Positions 1-11,939 of a stretch of DNA of 64,000 nt are shown here, one piece after another. The position numbers were made by a program, and so were the translations under genes. Origin of the DNA: Moniliella sp. 'wahieum' (taxonomy: Eukaryota). The notes under the pieces are model-generated. The model saw only the letters and a list, made by a program, of their open reading frames with translations. It had not been told where the DNA came from and made no database searches. Numbering within the stretch: position 1 is the first letter of the stretch; each line of letters begins with the position of its first letter. Location: NCBI GenBank assembly GCA_003971905.1, contig RSEE01000006.1:682001-746000 (forward strand). The letters are read 5' to 3'.

Positions 1-129
1 CTTTTCTTTTGATCCCAGCCTCAAGTCGGCGGATGCTCAGGCGGCTCTCAACTTTATTGGTGTGCCACCTGCGTCCGTTTCGAATGATGATTTGTCCCCC
101 ACGTCCTCTTTCCCTATCAATTTGACCCA

Positions 130-664
130 ATGGCGGCATCTACGGTTCCGTTTGCTCCGGCACTGCCCTTGCCGACGGATCCGGTTGCTCTCTGGGCTTC
201 ACTCACCTCCACCCCTCCCAATGGGGGAGACGTCCAGCGCATGCAGCGGCTCGACTTCTCCTCCTTGTCCCACGCAAGCCGTGCGTGGGGAAAAGCGCAA
301 GCGTCGTACTCGCGAGGCTTCTGAGCTTTTGCCAGTGGATGCGCCGGTGCAAAAGCGTACCTACATCGGCCCGAGCCAGACGTCTCGTCGGGATTACGGC
401 GCTGCGCCGGAGACGACGGAGGCGGGTGAGGTGGCTGCCACCCCGTCAAACGCCGCGATGGAAGCTCTTTTGGAGAAGCGGCACAAGAACACCATCTCCG
501 CTCGCCAGTCTCGGAAGAGGAAGGCGGAGGAGCTTACGCAGCTCAAGACTGAGAATGCTCAGCTGCGTGCAGGCAATGATGCCATGGCTGCTGAATTGGC
601 CTGTGTCCGTGCTGAATTGGCTGCGTTCCAAGCTCGCTTTGCCATGATGTTCCCTGGCATGTGA
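130..664 (+). CDS. Small bZIP transcription factor (GCN4-like basic region plus leucine zipper)
   Basis: KRHKNTISARQSRKRK basic region (N-x7-R) followed by heptads EELTQLKTENAQLRAGNDAMAAELACVRAELA in ORF 62..664. The likely ATG at 130 is in another frame (indel), so the start is uncertain. Confidence 0.8.
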
Positions 665-1278
665 TGTGGTTTTTTTCCCTGTTCTCTTTCTTTTCTTTGC
701 TTTTCTTCTCTTTGCGTCTCGGCTGGCTCTCCGAAGCCTTTGTTCCCTTTTTTTCTTTAGATCAAACCCAAGAAAAATGCAGTGATTGACTCCTTGAGGT
801 TTTTACGGCGCTGAAGTAGAAGGAAGGGAGAAGAGGGGCGGGAAGACTGAGGTGCAATAGATGAGAGATTATGCCTCGTCCGACGTACGCCGATGTTAGG
901 GACGGCTGGGATGACGGAGCTCTGGCGTCTGATGTCGGGGGTTCCTCTATTGGTATGGCGATTGCTTGGGATGGGTATGGTTTGGTGTCACGCTGTACGG
1001 GGCTTGTCCGGGTCTTATTGGCTTGGGCCGCGCCCCCTCCACCGGAGCAAGCAAACGCCAGTGACGCTTGTGCTACAGCACCGGTACAATGCCCCCGGCT
1101 TTTCGCTCTCCTTGCGGTGGTGTCTCCGCTGCGCGACTAATATACTGCGGGTGTGTGCACGGACAACTCCCGTAGTGCCCCTCCCCTCCGCCTTCCCACC
1201 GCCACACAGCCTGCAACCGAGGGCTCCCTCCACCCTCACCTGCGCTTTTCGGCCACCATCTACTCACAGTCCCCGGAC

Positions 1279-3945
1279 ATGGGCCAGTTCATCTCCCGCC
1301 CAACACGGCCCGCCCCCCCCTCGCCCCCCCTCACCGACCTGACCTTCGACTTTGGCCCCCAGTCTCGGCATCATCCTTGCCCCGCCCCTCGCGCCGTTAT
1401 TGTCACCCCACTCTCCGTCACGACGCTCGCCGCCTCCGCCGCCACCTCCCGGCGTATCTCGAACACCTGGACAGAGAAGAAGGGATGGACCATCTGTGCC
1501 ACCATCCACGCCTCAAATCGCACTCTTCCAACGCATCTCCAGCAGCCCTCTTCGCCATCCCATCCACATCTGACGTCTAGACGGCCCACGAGACCTCCCC
1601 CTGCGCCCCCCCAACACCCCAGAAGGGACCCTATTCTGGCCCTCTTGTACGAAGAAAACACCGCCTCGCCTCATCCCGGGTTCTACGCTGCCCTGCGGGA
1701 TGCTGTCCCCATCCACGCTGAGAAAGAGGGCGGGTTAGAGCACATTTACGCTGCCCCATTTGCCTCGGATTTTTGTCAAACCCTATACCTCCTCCAAATG
1801 CTCCACACATACTGTCAGGCTTGTGTGCTCCATACCTTCCTTGCGGCCGAGGAACAGATGCATAACGGGCAAGCACAAAGAGACGACCAAGTGTTTGCGG
1901 AGCAAGGCCAATTATTTGCCAGTCTTGCCCCTGCGCTTGACGATGCTCACGTGGGTTATGATGCCGGCACCCCTCCGGTGAAAACGTGGCCGGTAGAGAT
2001 GGTTTAAGAGCATCGTCTTCTTCACATCCAATAGCGCAGCAAATACTCGATCTATCTCCCAGCAGAGGTCAGCGCTTACTAGCTTTGAGCATTTCTTGTC
2101 CAGTCTGCCGAAGCACTTTGACCCTGGCAAACTTGGCACCTTCTTCACCCGTATTGACCCGCATGGTTGATAGCCTTCAGGTTTACTGCCCTCACCAAGT
2201 GTATGGATGTTCGGCTCAACTAGAGCGGGGAGACTTGGGTGCTCATATGGCAAGTTGTGCATATGCCCCATCTCTATCGGCGTCGTCGCCAGAGCCTCTC
2301 TCCCAATCTAGCCTGAAGCACGGCGGGGCAGGCTCAAAGCTACCGTGTCTGGATTGTGGACAACATATTGTAGGTATGTCAGCATCTCGTCATTACCGAC
2401 GGGTATGCACCGAAACCGTGGTGGTTTGCCCCCAGTGTAAGCAAGTCAATATCCCGCGGCGCACCTTATTCGCTCACCTTCTAGAAGAGTGTCTCGAAGG
2501 GCCCACCCAGTGCCCCAATGCTCAGTTGGGCTGCAGTTGGAGGGGTCCAAGACGGTGCTGCCCGGGAGGCAAAACAACCTTGCCCTCCACCCAGATCCAG
2601 GAGCTCATTAATAAGGCCCGCCCGCCCTACCATCAAGCCTCCGGCTCACAATCCCCTAAGACATCTACGAAGTTGGGTCAAAAGGGAGATGGGCTCGACG
2701 GGTTGACGGCGATAATGCTACTATTCCCGGCAATGAAGGGGAAGGGTCATGGCGAACGACAGTGTCCATCGTTGTCCTTTATCCCCTGTCCAAGCCTGGG
2801 CCCAAACTTGGAAGAGGGAGGTGGAGGAGATGCACGCAGAGAATGCCTTGTTGAGATCATCTTTGGATCAGGTACAGCTCACTTTGGGTCACTTAACTAC
2901 CGTGGTCGACCGTTGTGTGGCAGCTTTGGGACCGTTTTTGCCCCCCAGCCCTCGGGGGCTGGGAGCGGTACCTCTACGACCACCCATCCCCCCATCACAT
3001 TTCGCGACCAACAACAGATTTGTGGCGCCGCCGCCACCATCGAACAGTCTTGCTTCGCTCGTGGATGGAATGATGACATCTTCATCGAACCCTTCGGTCG
3101 CTACCCCAGCAACGGCGGACACACAGAGAGGGAGTATTGCCTCACTCCTTTCTCACACGCCGTCCCAGCCGCGCCTTGCTGTTGCACCAGATGCGAATTG
3201 GACGCTTTCAGCTCCAGTAGCCGTACCTGCTGTTCCCCGGGAAACAACCCATGCCACAGCCAACTTACCGCGCGGTCCAACCTTGTCCACCTCTGCGCCT
3301 GCGCCGGTCCATGCGGGGAGTAGTATTTTTGCTGCGAGAAGCAACCCGAGACTTAATCACCTTCAACCTCCCTACCATCTCCGCCCACCCCAGACTTCGC
3401 ATTCGTCTACGGGAATTGTTTCCATGGGACATGCCAGAACCGATCCATCTGTACCCCACTCGACTATCGCGCCTGTTCCCCTCAACTTGGTTTTCGAGTT
3501 GAATCTCCTCCGGGCCAACATGGACACTCTGGAACAACCGTTTCACTGTGCAAGACGAGTGCCTGGGACAGGTTGTCCCCCTGGCCAGGCGTACCGGCCT
3601 GGCCACCGCTCGTCTGGAAGAGGAAGTAGCCGGCTTGGCCCATATGGTTGGACCTATGCGTAGGCAGGTTCCCCCGGTGCGTCTCTAGTTGCTCTGCTCT
3701 CTTCCCCTACTTTTCTCTTCCAGAGGGAGCTGACTATATCTTGTCTTGGCTATGTACGGGCCTTGGATGCCCACATATACATAGCCCAAGCCGATTCGTC
3801 CTCACGCATGGACCCGGCCATCGGCCCTACGCATTGGGCTGGCTTGCCCCCTCTCTTGGCCCGCCCAGGCCAGGCCATGCGGCCCTCTTCGTTTTCACCT
3901 GGCCATTTCCGCCGCTGGTCGCACCACGAAGGAACCAAATTGTAG
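1279..3945 (+). CDS. RING-finger / TRAF-type zinc-finger protein (putative E3 ligase)
   Basis: Stitched across frames: MGQFIS start (ATG 1279); RING half LRCPICLG...KCSHTYCQAC at ~1747-1825; CPVCR at ~2096; TRAF/SIAH-type fingers CPHQVYGCSAQLERGDLGAHMASC, CPQC...HLLEEC and CPNAQLGCSW; coiled coil WKREVEEMHAENALLRSSLDQV; probable intron ~3660-3784; ends GTKL-stop. Confidence 0.8.
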
Positions 3946-4207
3946 CGCGCTCTGCAATGGAAGTTTCTAGGATGGAGAGCGAGATTACACAAAAAAGGTC
4001 CAACCATTTCGGTACCAAAAACCGCATTATGGGACTATGAATATTCTGATTCCTGTGCCGGTTACTTGATTCATTACTGCCAGCACCAAAAAAGGGCCCA
4101 ACGTAGGGTCTTGTAGCGTATAGCACGGAAAGGAAGAGAAAAGTCCATTACTGCGAGAAAACGACAGTGACACCGGGCCCGGTCTGAGAAGAAAAGAGAT
4201 GTGACGA

Positions 4208-5968
4208 TCACAGCAGGCCCACACTGAGCAGAACCAGAGCCAAAAGACCAATGGGCACCTGGAGTCCCGCCGAGCCCGAGGTCTTATTGTTTACGTTGGT
4301 TTGTTGTTGCGTTCCCGCCGACTTGGATCCCGATTGGGACGCGGACTCATCGTCGTCCGTACCACCAACATCCCCATCGTCTTCGTCTGAGCTTGACGCG
4401 CTCGTTGTCGCGGCAGCCGGGACGGGCTGGGGAGACGGGCAACCGAAGACGGGGCAACCGAAGCTGCCGGGGAGGGCGAAGCTGACGACGCGCGGGGGCA
4501 ATGGACGTGCTGCTCGCCGCCACATGGGAGCCGGAAGCCGCCGAGGCAGGCGAAGTGACCTGGTACATTCCCGTTCCAGCCGCGTTCCAGCCGGCTGGAC
4601 GCCATCCTGTAGGCAACTCTCCCGCGGAAAAGAGAGCCGCACGGCCTTCGCTCGAACCAAACACCAAATTGGCATCGTGGTCAGCTTGTTCAATGACAAT
4701 GAGACGATGAGCGATCGAGTGGCCGGTCACGTTGCTCCAGTCGGAAGCTTGGAGTAGGTGGCGTTGAAGCCAGTCATGTCAAAGTTGGTTTGGGCGAGGG
4801 TGTTAATGTACTTCCAGTAAGCCAAGTTGCGATCCCGACGCTTATTCCCCCCTGCAGCTTGGCCATGCAATACTGATCGCCCGAGTTGGCCGTGTCCTGG
4901 TACCCAATCATCGAAACTACATCGCGTTGGACATAGCGGGCAAAGTAGTCAATGGGAGCCATGCCGCCCGACGGCATCACATCCGTAAAGTTATCAAACC
5001 CGTATCGCCACGTGTTGAACATTGGGCACGTCGCCTTGGCCGCAATCGAAGGATCGACCTGGGGCCGGTTTTTGGAGTAAAGTACAGGCAACTGGACGGA
5101 TCACCGTAAATGTAGCGTACATGAACGCCCGAGGGTACATCACTGCCAACAACGGCATAGCGCTGCATCAGCTGTCCTCCGCCGCCATGGCCGACGAGGG
5201 TGATGTTTTTGAGGTTGGGGTACTTATCCTTGTTGCTAAACTCGTTGACAAACGCATCCAGTACGTCGAAGGCTGAAGCTTTGGTCCCTGCCGGGTAGGT
5301 TGCAATCTCACCCGCTTGCCACGCGTTTACATCGCCCCACGCCAATTGGGTCGAGTTGTATTCGCCCGAGTTGTAGTTGGTCGAGAAGAACTGGGGGGCG
5401 GTAACGATAGAGTTGTTACTGGCGCCGGGAAAGTTGTCATTGACAGCGGTGACCAGCGCGTTCTCCATGGTTTCCCAATAGGTATTTCCATTGCGAAGGC
5501 GGCCATGGATCATGACAAAGGCTTGCTCCGCCAACTGGTTGTTGGATCGCTGGGACCAGTAAACGACAACCTGACTTTGCTCCGAGCCCAAAACAGGCAA
5601 GCTGACAAGGCTGGCACCGTTGGGAACAACAAGGGGAGTGTGCAGCTCCCCCTCGGAGTTGTTGCCTCCCGACATGACAGTGGACGCGTCGCGACGGGCT
5701 AGTTCTTCAGCATCGTCAAACGCGTCATGCAGAGCACGGGCAGGGCGGGCGACGCGTGGGGGAGGGGGGAAGGAGCGCGCACGGGAGCGAGCATGGGCAG
5801 GCGCCTGGAGTTGGTATTCGGGCGCCATGCCGCGCGGAAGGAGCGGAGGAAGCTGGAGGGCGGCCTGGGCAGCTGCTGCGCTGGCCAGGGCGAATGCCAG
5901 AAGAGGCGCAAACGGCGAGCGGCGGCGGCGACGGCCACCGTCGTCTTGGGGGCGCGACGGATGGGCAT
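4208..5968 (-). CDS. Secreted, probably GPI-anchored alpha/beta-hydrolase-fold protein
   Basis: N-terminal hydrophobic stretch LLAFALASAAAAQA; motifs FVMIHGRLRNG, APQFFS, NITLVGHGGGGQLMQRYA, YGDPSS, FNTWRYG, GDQYCMAKLQGG; Ser/Asp-rich linker and hydrophobic tail SGSAGLQVPIGLLALVLLSVGLL-stop. Confidence 0.75.
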
Positions 5969-7089
5969 GGGCTACACGAGCTGAAAGAGCGTGGGGGGGG
6001 GGGATCTGAGAAGGTGGGAGGGATGGCAAGGAGCGGGTGGCGGTGGGGGATGAGGCGCAGGTGGGGCGCAGGGGTGGCTGGCTGGGAGACGTGGAATGCC
6101 ACTGCCGATACATGTGCATGCATGATCTCACACGGCAAGCCAAGGCACAGCGCCCACCGCCCGGCAGGGGGCAGTGATGCGATGCCGGATGTGGCACCCA
6201 GCGCAGGAGCTGTGTGGGCGCGTGTTCGATGGTGGCACTGATCGACAGCAGGCACACTGGCGGGGTGCTGGGTGGGTGGGGATGTGCGACATGCGAGCGC
6301 GCTGCGCACAGCTGGCCCCGCCAGTGCGCCGCCCCACTCGCCTCGGGAGCTGCTGTGGCGGCGCCATGCACCGTCCATGGTGTGCACGCCGGACCGCACA
6401 GGGACTTGCAATTTCAATATGCATGCTGGACTACGCGGCTGCGATGCTCGCCTCGGCCAGCACGCCGCCAGTCTTCCAAGGGTAAAGCTTGCTGGCACAG
6501 CAGGCATGTGCATAGCCATAGCAGATTGAACAATTAATGAACGTTGAACTTTCAAATTGCAACGTTCAACGTTCAGTACGTTGAGCCGAATCTTTAGAGG
6601 CTGGACGCATTGCATTAGTCACCGAGCCAGCGTGATGCATGTGACATTCCCTGTCACATGTCACACAGGTCATAGGTCACCGGTCACCGGTCATGCATCT
6701 TGGTAACATGGTAACACGTAGCAGTCGATGAGGTAGACTGATGCTGAGCTGGCCTTCGACAGCAGCTTCGCTCGCTGAGTTTCCCATGGCACATGTCAGA
6801 CTGACTTCTCCTGAGGAGCCTGACCGGTGATATATATAATACCGGTGATCGAGTGATCTGATTCTTTGCACTTTGCGGCGATGACGTCAATGATGCAGCG
6901 GCGGTCATCGATCTCGATCATCCATTCTCAAATCCGGCCGGGCGGTAGTCGAACGAGCTGAGGGGGCGGCCTGGCTCTAGCGTCTTGCTATATCCGCTGG
7001 GCCTGCCCGACCTGCGCTTGGTTTAGTACTCAGGTCCTCAGCGTTGCCACTGGGTTGCCCCCACCAACTTTCCCTCACCGCCACCCATC

Positions 7090-8373
7090 ATGCACGTCCA
7101 TCTCTCCAATCCGCTTGCCAAGCACCCACCGTCGTACTCCCGTCGCAAGGACTACAAGATCGGTCGCGTCCTTGGCGAAGGTACCTTCGGCGTTGTTCGC
7201 CTCGCCACCTGGACTGTGCCTTCGCCACCCAAGGAGGTTTGCATCAAATCATCCCCAAGAGCATTCTTAAGGGCAACTTCCAGCTCGTCGCGTCCGAGAC
7301 AGCCGTTGTCAAGGAGTTGAGCCACCTAACATTGTGCGTCTCTACGACAACTTTGAGTCCAAGGATAAATTTTATCTCGTTTTTCAGCCTGCTATGGGGG
7401 GCGAGGTGTTCGAGCGCGTCCTTCAAACCGGACACCTTACCGAGCACGAGGCCGCCCATGTGGTCAAGTCGGTCGCCAGTGCCCTCGAATACATCCATGC
7501 TCACGGGTTTGTTCACCGCGACATCAAACCAGAGAACATCATGTACCTCACTCCCCCCCAAAATATCCTGACGCGCGAATTGTACTCGTTGACTTTGGCG
7601 TGGCCCAGCATCTCAATTCGAATGGAGAGAAGCTGCGAGAACTGGCTGTAGTTGGGATATGCTGCGCCCGAGGTTGTGGCCCGCAAACCATACGGCAAGA
7701 GGTCGACATGTGGTCTCTTGGCGCAGTGGCGTACGTTATGCTCTCAGGACACATGCCATACCGTAACCAGGCGCCGGCTCCTTTGCTTGAAGAGATGCTA
7801 GCCGGCCCCATCCAATTTACGGGCAAATATTGGTCCCAGATCTCCAAGAGGGCAAGGACTTTGTCGCCTCGCTTATGACCATTGATGCGGATAAGCGTCT
7901 TACGGCAAGCCAAGCTCTGAAGCACCCATGGATTCTACACAATGCCGATACACGTCCTCCCCCTCCCATGTTCGTCCCAACATTGCAGCCGGGCTTAAAG
8001 ACAACTACCAAGCCCGCCCCAAGACCCGCGCACCGACCATTGCCTCCAGCAGCTCTCCCTCCAGCCCAGCTTTACCCACCACGGCCTTGTCTCCTCCGAT
8101 GAGGAGGATGAGGCCAAACGTGCCAAAAAAGCACTCTACTGCGGCAAAAGCTCCCTCTTCCGGTACACCCCATTCTCCTGTGAAACCATCGGCGTCCCTT
8201 GGTCCACACTTCGGGAAAGATGCGCACCCGCAAGCGAGGATGGGAACGCTAATGATCCCACACACTCCCAGTGCAACCCTGGTACTGCTCAGAATGACAG
8301 TACCGCGGGCCACCACTCGCTTGTTGAAGACTTTAAAAACTTGCTCCATCACAACACCCATTCCGACAAGTAA
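7090..8373 (+). CDS. Calcium/calmodulin-dependent protein kinase (CMK1-like)
   Basis: YKIGRVLGEGTFGVVR, KFYLVFQPAMGGEVFERV, HRDIKPEN, DFG, GYAAPE, VDMWSLG, KRLTASQALKHPW across frameshifted ORFs; N-terminus PPSYSRRKDY resembles fungal CMK1. Confidence 0.9.
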
Positions 8374-9870
8374 CTATCTCGGGTGTTGCCGTCCTTTTGT
8401 TCTTCACGCCATCGTGATTTATCAATCACATCGGCTTAAGTGCTATACTGTTTTTGCACTTGTGTCCCTTTTTTTAAACACCAACGCTCATCGACATCAT
8501 GGCCCTCGGTGTTCTGGGCAATTGCCTGTGGACAATTATGCTAATAAGTTGCTCGAGGAAATGAGATGTTGTGACTAGTCGCAGAATCATATACAGTCTT
8601 TGGCGGTTACGAGACAACCGCGACTCCGTCTCCACGCAATTATATGCCAGGTGGAGCAACGATGGTGGTATTAGTACCCCAAAACATAGTAGTCCCAGGA
8701 TTCGGCCAAGCGCTTCCGTCCAGTTACTACAACTTAGTCCATTCCATGCGATTGTCCTCTCCGGCGCGAAAATACACGACATGACTAGTGGCATGATAGT
8801 GACCCAGGAAATTTCGTTGTCTCTAAGCAACCCATCAGCTTTCAATGAGTATCTCGCGGGATTTTCTCGATTGCCACGCCCCTCCCCCCTCCACTCCCCA
8901 TACATACCCAGCCCATCGCCCTCTTGGGTAGCGATAATGGGGCGTGGCATGTGAGGCCTGAGGGGGTGTATGGCCAACGAAAAAGGCTGTGTGCGGTGGT
9001 GGTGGCCAAGGCGATGGGACAGGTAGAGACTGCAGCTGGAAGAGGGGAGCAGCAGCAGCCGCTCTGCGGTGTACGGCGGATGATCGATGATGATCGATGA
9101 TTGCTGACTACTATGTAGCGTTCAGCGACAGTGTCTGCTGCTTAGTGCTAGGACTTAGCGCTTACCCGTTAGCGTTACCACACGTCGCCTTCGCGCTCGC
9201 TCGCGCTCGACTGGCCCCGCACGGCGTCTGTCCCCGCGTCCCGCGCATGAAGGTGAACGCGTCCCACGGTGGCGTCCCGCCGCACGGCGCCAGTTCTCGG
9301 AGCAGCCCCACCTGGACCAGGGGGGGATGAGTGTGATGAACGGTGACCAGTGGGGTGATAATGCATGATGCATGATGGGAGCAGCTCTCATCGATCGGCC
9401 GCTGGCCCTGTGGCAATCTGAATCAGGCGTCACGCGTCACGCGTCAGGACAGGACGGGGCACGCTGCCCCTGTCGCTGCTGGCACCTGTGTGGGACCTGG
9501 GCCTGGGAGCTTGCTGGGACGAGCTTGACTGGCCCACCGCCCGTTGCTGCCGACCCACTCTCCTCCTCCCAGCCTCTGCTCCACCTCTCTCCATCGCCTC
9601 CGTCTCCTCCACCTCCGCCTCATCGCCCACCCCACCGGCGCATCCACGTTCGTTCCACCTGCTATTCCGCGCTACCATGCATGAATGGCGACCGGTATTC
9701 GGGCCCCTCCTGGCGCCCGCCTGGTTGCTGCGGCCACGGGGGCATCCACACGCCCGCCACTCGCTCCTTTACCCTCCTTGCGCGCCAGGCCATCTCCAGT
9801 TCTTCCGCTTCGCTCCCGCATTTCATCCCGCGGTGCCGATCGGCAAGTGGTCAAGTCAGAGATCGCCACC

Positions 9871-10985
9871 ATGTCGGCCAGTGACCTACTCCGTTTTGAT
9901 AACACCTCTGGCATTACCATTACTGCCATCATTGCCGTTGTTGCCGTGTTGGGTGGCGTCTTTCTTATTTGCATCCTTATCGCAGCTCTCTTGAGCAAAA
10001 CCAATGCTCCGAGGCACGATGCCTTTCCTTACGCCCAGATGGAGAGCCCGCCCGGCATGTATCAGCCCAGCGCCTCACTCCAACGTCCCATGGCCGAATA
10101 CAAGGAAGACTCCAAGGCCAATCTGCTCAACTCGGCTGCGCCACTGGCCGGCAACCCTCCCTCTCTCAGTCATCATCGCGCCAATTCATCTGGTGTTGGA
10201 TTTCCTGGTCCCAACTCTGCTACCCTCCGCGGTCCCATGGCATCGCAATACCAAAGCCGTCCACCTGCATTGGGAGGTGCAGCGCCCCCCCTCCACCACG
10301 ATCCCGTTCCCTGGCCAGGCAGGCACCGTCAATTATAACGGCCGAGAAATGACCATCAACATGGCCGGTCCCCAAGCCGACCCGGAGGCACGAATGGCGG
10401 CCGAGGCAAGGCTGGAGCGCGAGCGGCTCGCCGAAGCACCGTTGTTGGCGGCCCTCCGCGCTGACCGATGGTAAACGGGCAAGTCGGTACAATCGTGCTT
10501 CAATGGTAGGGCCTCCCAATCGGCGCATGTCCATGTCGGACAAGCGGGCCACACGAATGTCTCGAAGTCGCTATTCGCGCATGTCGACCTATTCCACTGC
10601 CGACGTTGGGGAGGGTGGCAATCTTTCCGCTCGGCGTAGAGCCGTCACCTCGACTGGACCTGGGGTGGTGCGGACACCTAGCAACCGGTGGAAAGAAGGT
10701 GAGGGGTACACTGGCCGCCGCAGTATGGGCCGAAATTCGCATTCCGGGCGCCCGTCATCCCGTCTGCCACCTCCTGTTGGCGCGAACAGCCGGTTGGGCC
10801 TTCCTTACAATACGGGTGCGCATGCGAGCATGATTTCAGCCGATTCAGTGAGTGTGTACGACACACCTTCGATGTACGAGGTCGCTCCTGCTATGGACTG
10901 GGCTGCCGCCCCTACCTCGCAGGCGAATTTGCTGGATCCTCTCCAAGCTCATGGGCCTAATCCGTTTGTTCTGGCCCATCACTAG
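9871..10985 (+). CDS. Hypothetical single-pass membrane protein
   Basis: GCCACCATG start context; one strong TM segment ITITAIIAVVAVLGGVFLICILIAALL followed by a low-complexity Ser/Pro/Arg tail continuing over ORFs 9685..10338, 10004..10474 and 10503..10985. Confidence 0.65.
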
Positions 10986-11939
10986 TTTCTGGGACTGCTG
11001 AACCAGCTCCGAGTCTTTACGCCTTATCTTTTCCCTCCGACATCTACTTACCAACATGCACGACACTCACCGTTGGTATCTTTCTGGGGGCGCTTTCTAC
11101 CATTGGCCTGTTCTTGGTCTTACTCGACATCGTACCGTCGATTCTACTTGTGTGTTTATATTTCTCTTCCACTTCCGTTCTTCTCACCGCCCCTCCCCAT
11201 TCCCCCCTTGCACTTGAACAATACAACCTCCGATGGATGCTTGGCACTGTCGTCACCTTTCGAATCGGAGCACCTCACCAAGCACCAGAGCTCATGTCGG
11301 AGCCTCATTGTGCCAACATGTGACAATCTCATATGGCGCCGAGCTGCTTCTATTTCCACGCGTTATTGTGGAACTGGTTGGAGGGGCTCGATGCTATGCA
11401 CTGTACTTTCGTTTGACTGGGGATTGATCCACATGTGCTCCGGTCTGCCGCCAAACGTGGCCTGTTGGGGATGCGTGCCTTTCATGTTCCCTTTTCTTAT
11501 CCTCTCTTTCCCAGGTGCCTACCCTGGCATGAACATTCGTCCCGGTGCTGGGCGCCTAGGACCTCGATCTTTACCTCTTGACCCGACGGACTACCGATGT
11601 ATTAATCCACTTTTGGGGCTTAGTGTTGTTTTTAGTAGTTGGTAGTCCCTTAGTACCTCCGTGCTCCGTAGCCAATGAAAGACACTGGCAGGTAATTCAA
11701 GCCAAAAAGCAGGCAGGCGAAGTGGTGGTTATGACGCGAGGGACACGATGCATGATATGCATGACGCATGATGGTCTTCTGAGAAGCTAGCTTGAAACGT
11801 TCATTGATCAATCCCGTCAATATTCAATTGCCCACATCCAAGCTCCAAGAAACATACGCGGCAAACCCATCGCAACGCCCATCTTTCCACCATCGCCCCT
11901 CGACCTTTCCCACCCCTTTGCGTCCACACCATCGGCATC

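Noticed and set aside
8474..8977. 167-aa minus-strand ORF with a hydrophobic patch
   Set aside because: No recognisable motif, non-ATG start, and overlapping ORFs of similar length on both strands; cannot support it as a gene.
11056..11323. Hydrophobic reading frame after the membrane-protein gene
   Set aside because: Explained by a T/C-rich 3' UTR; no clean start.
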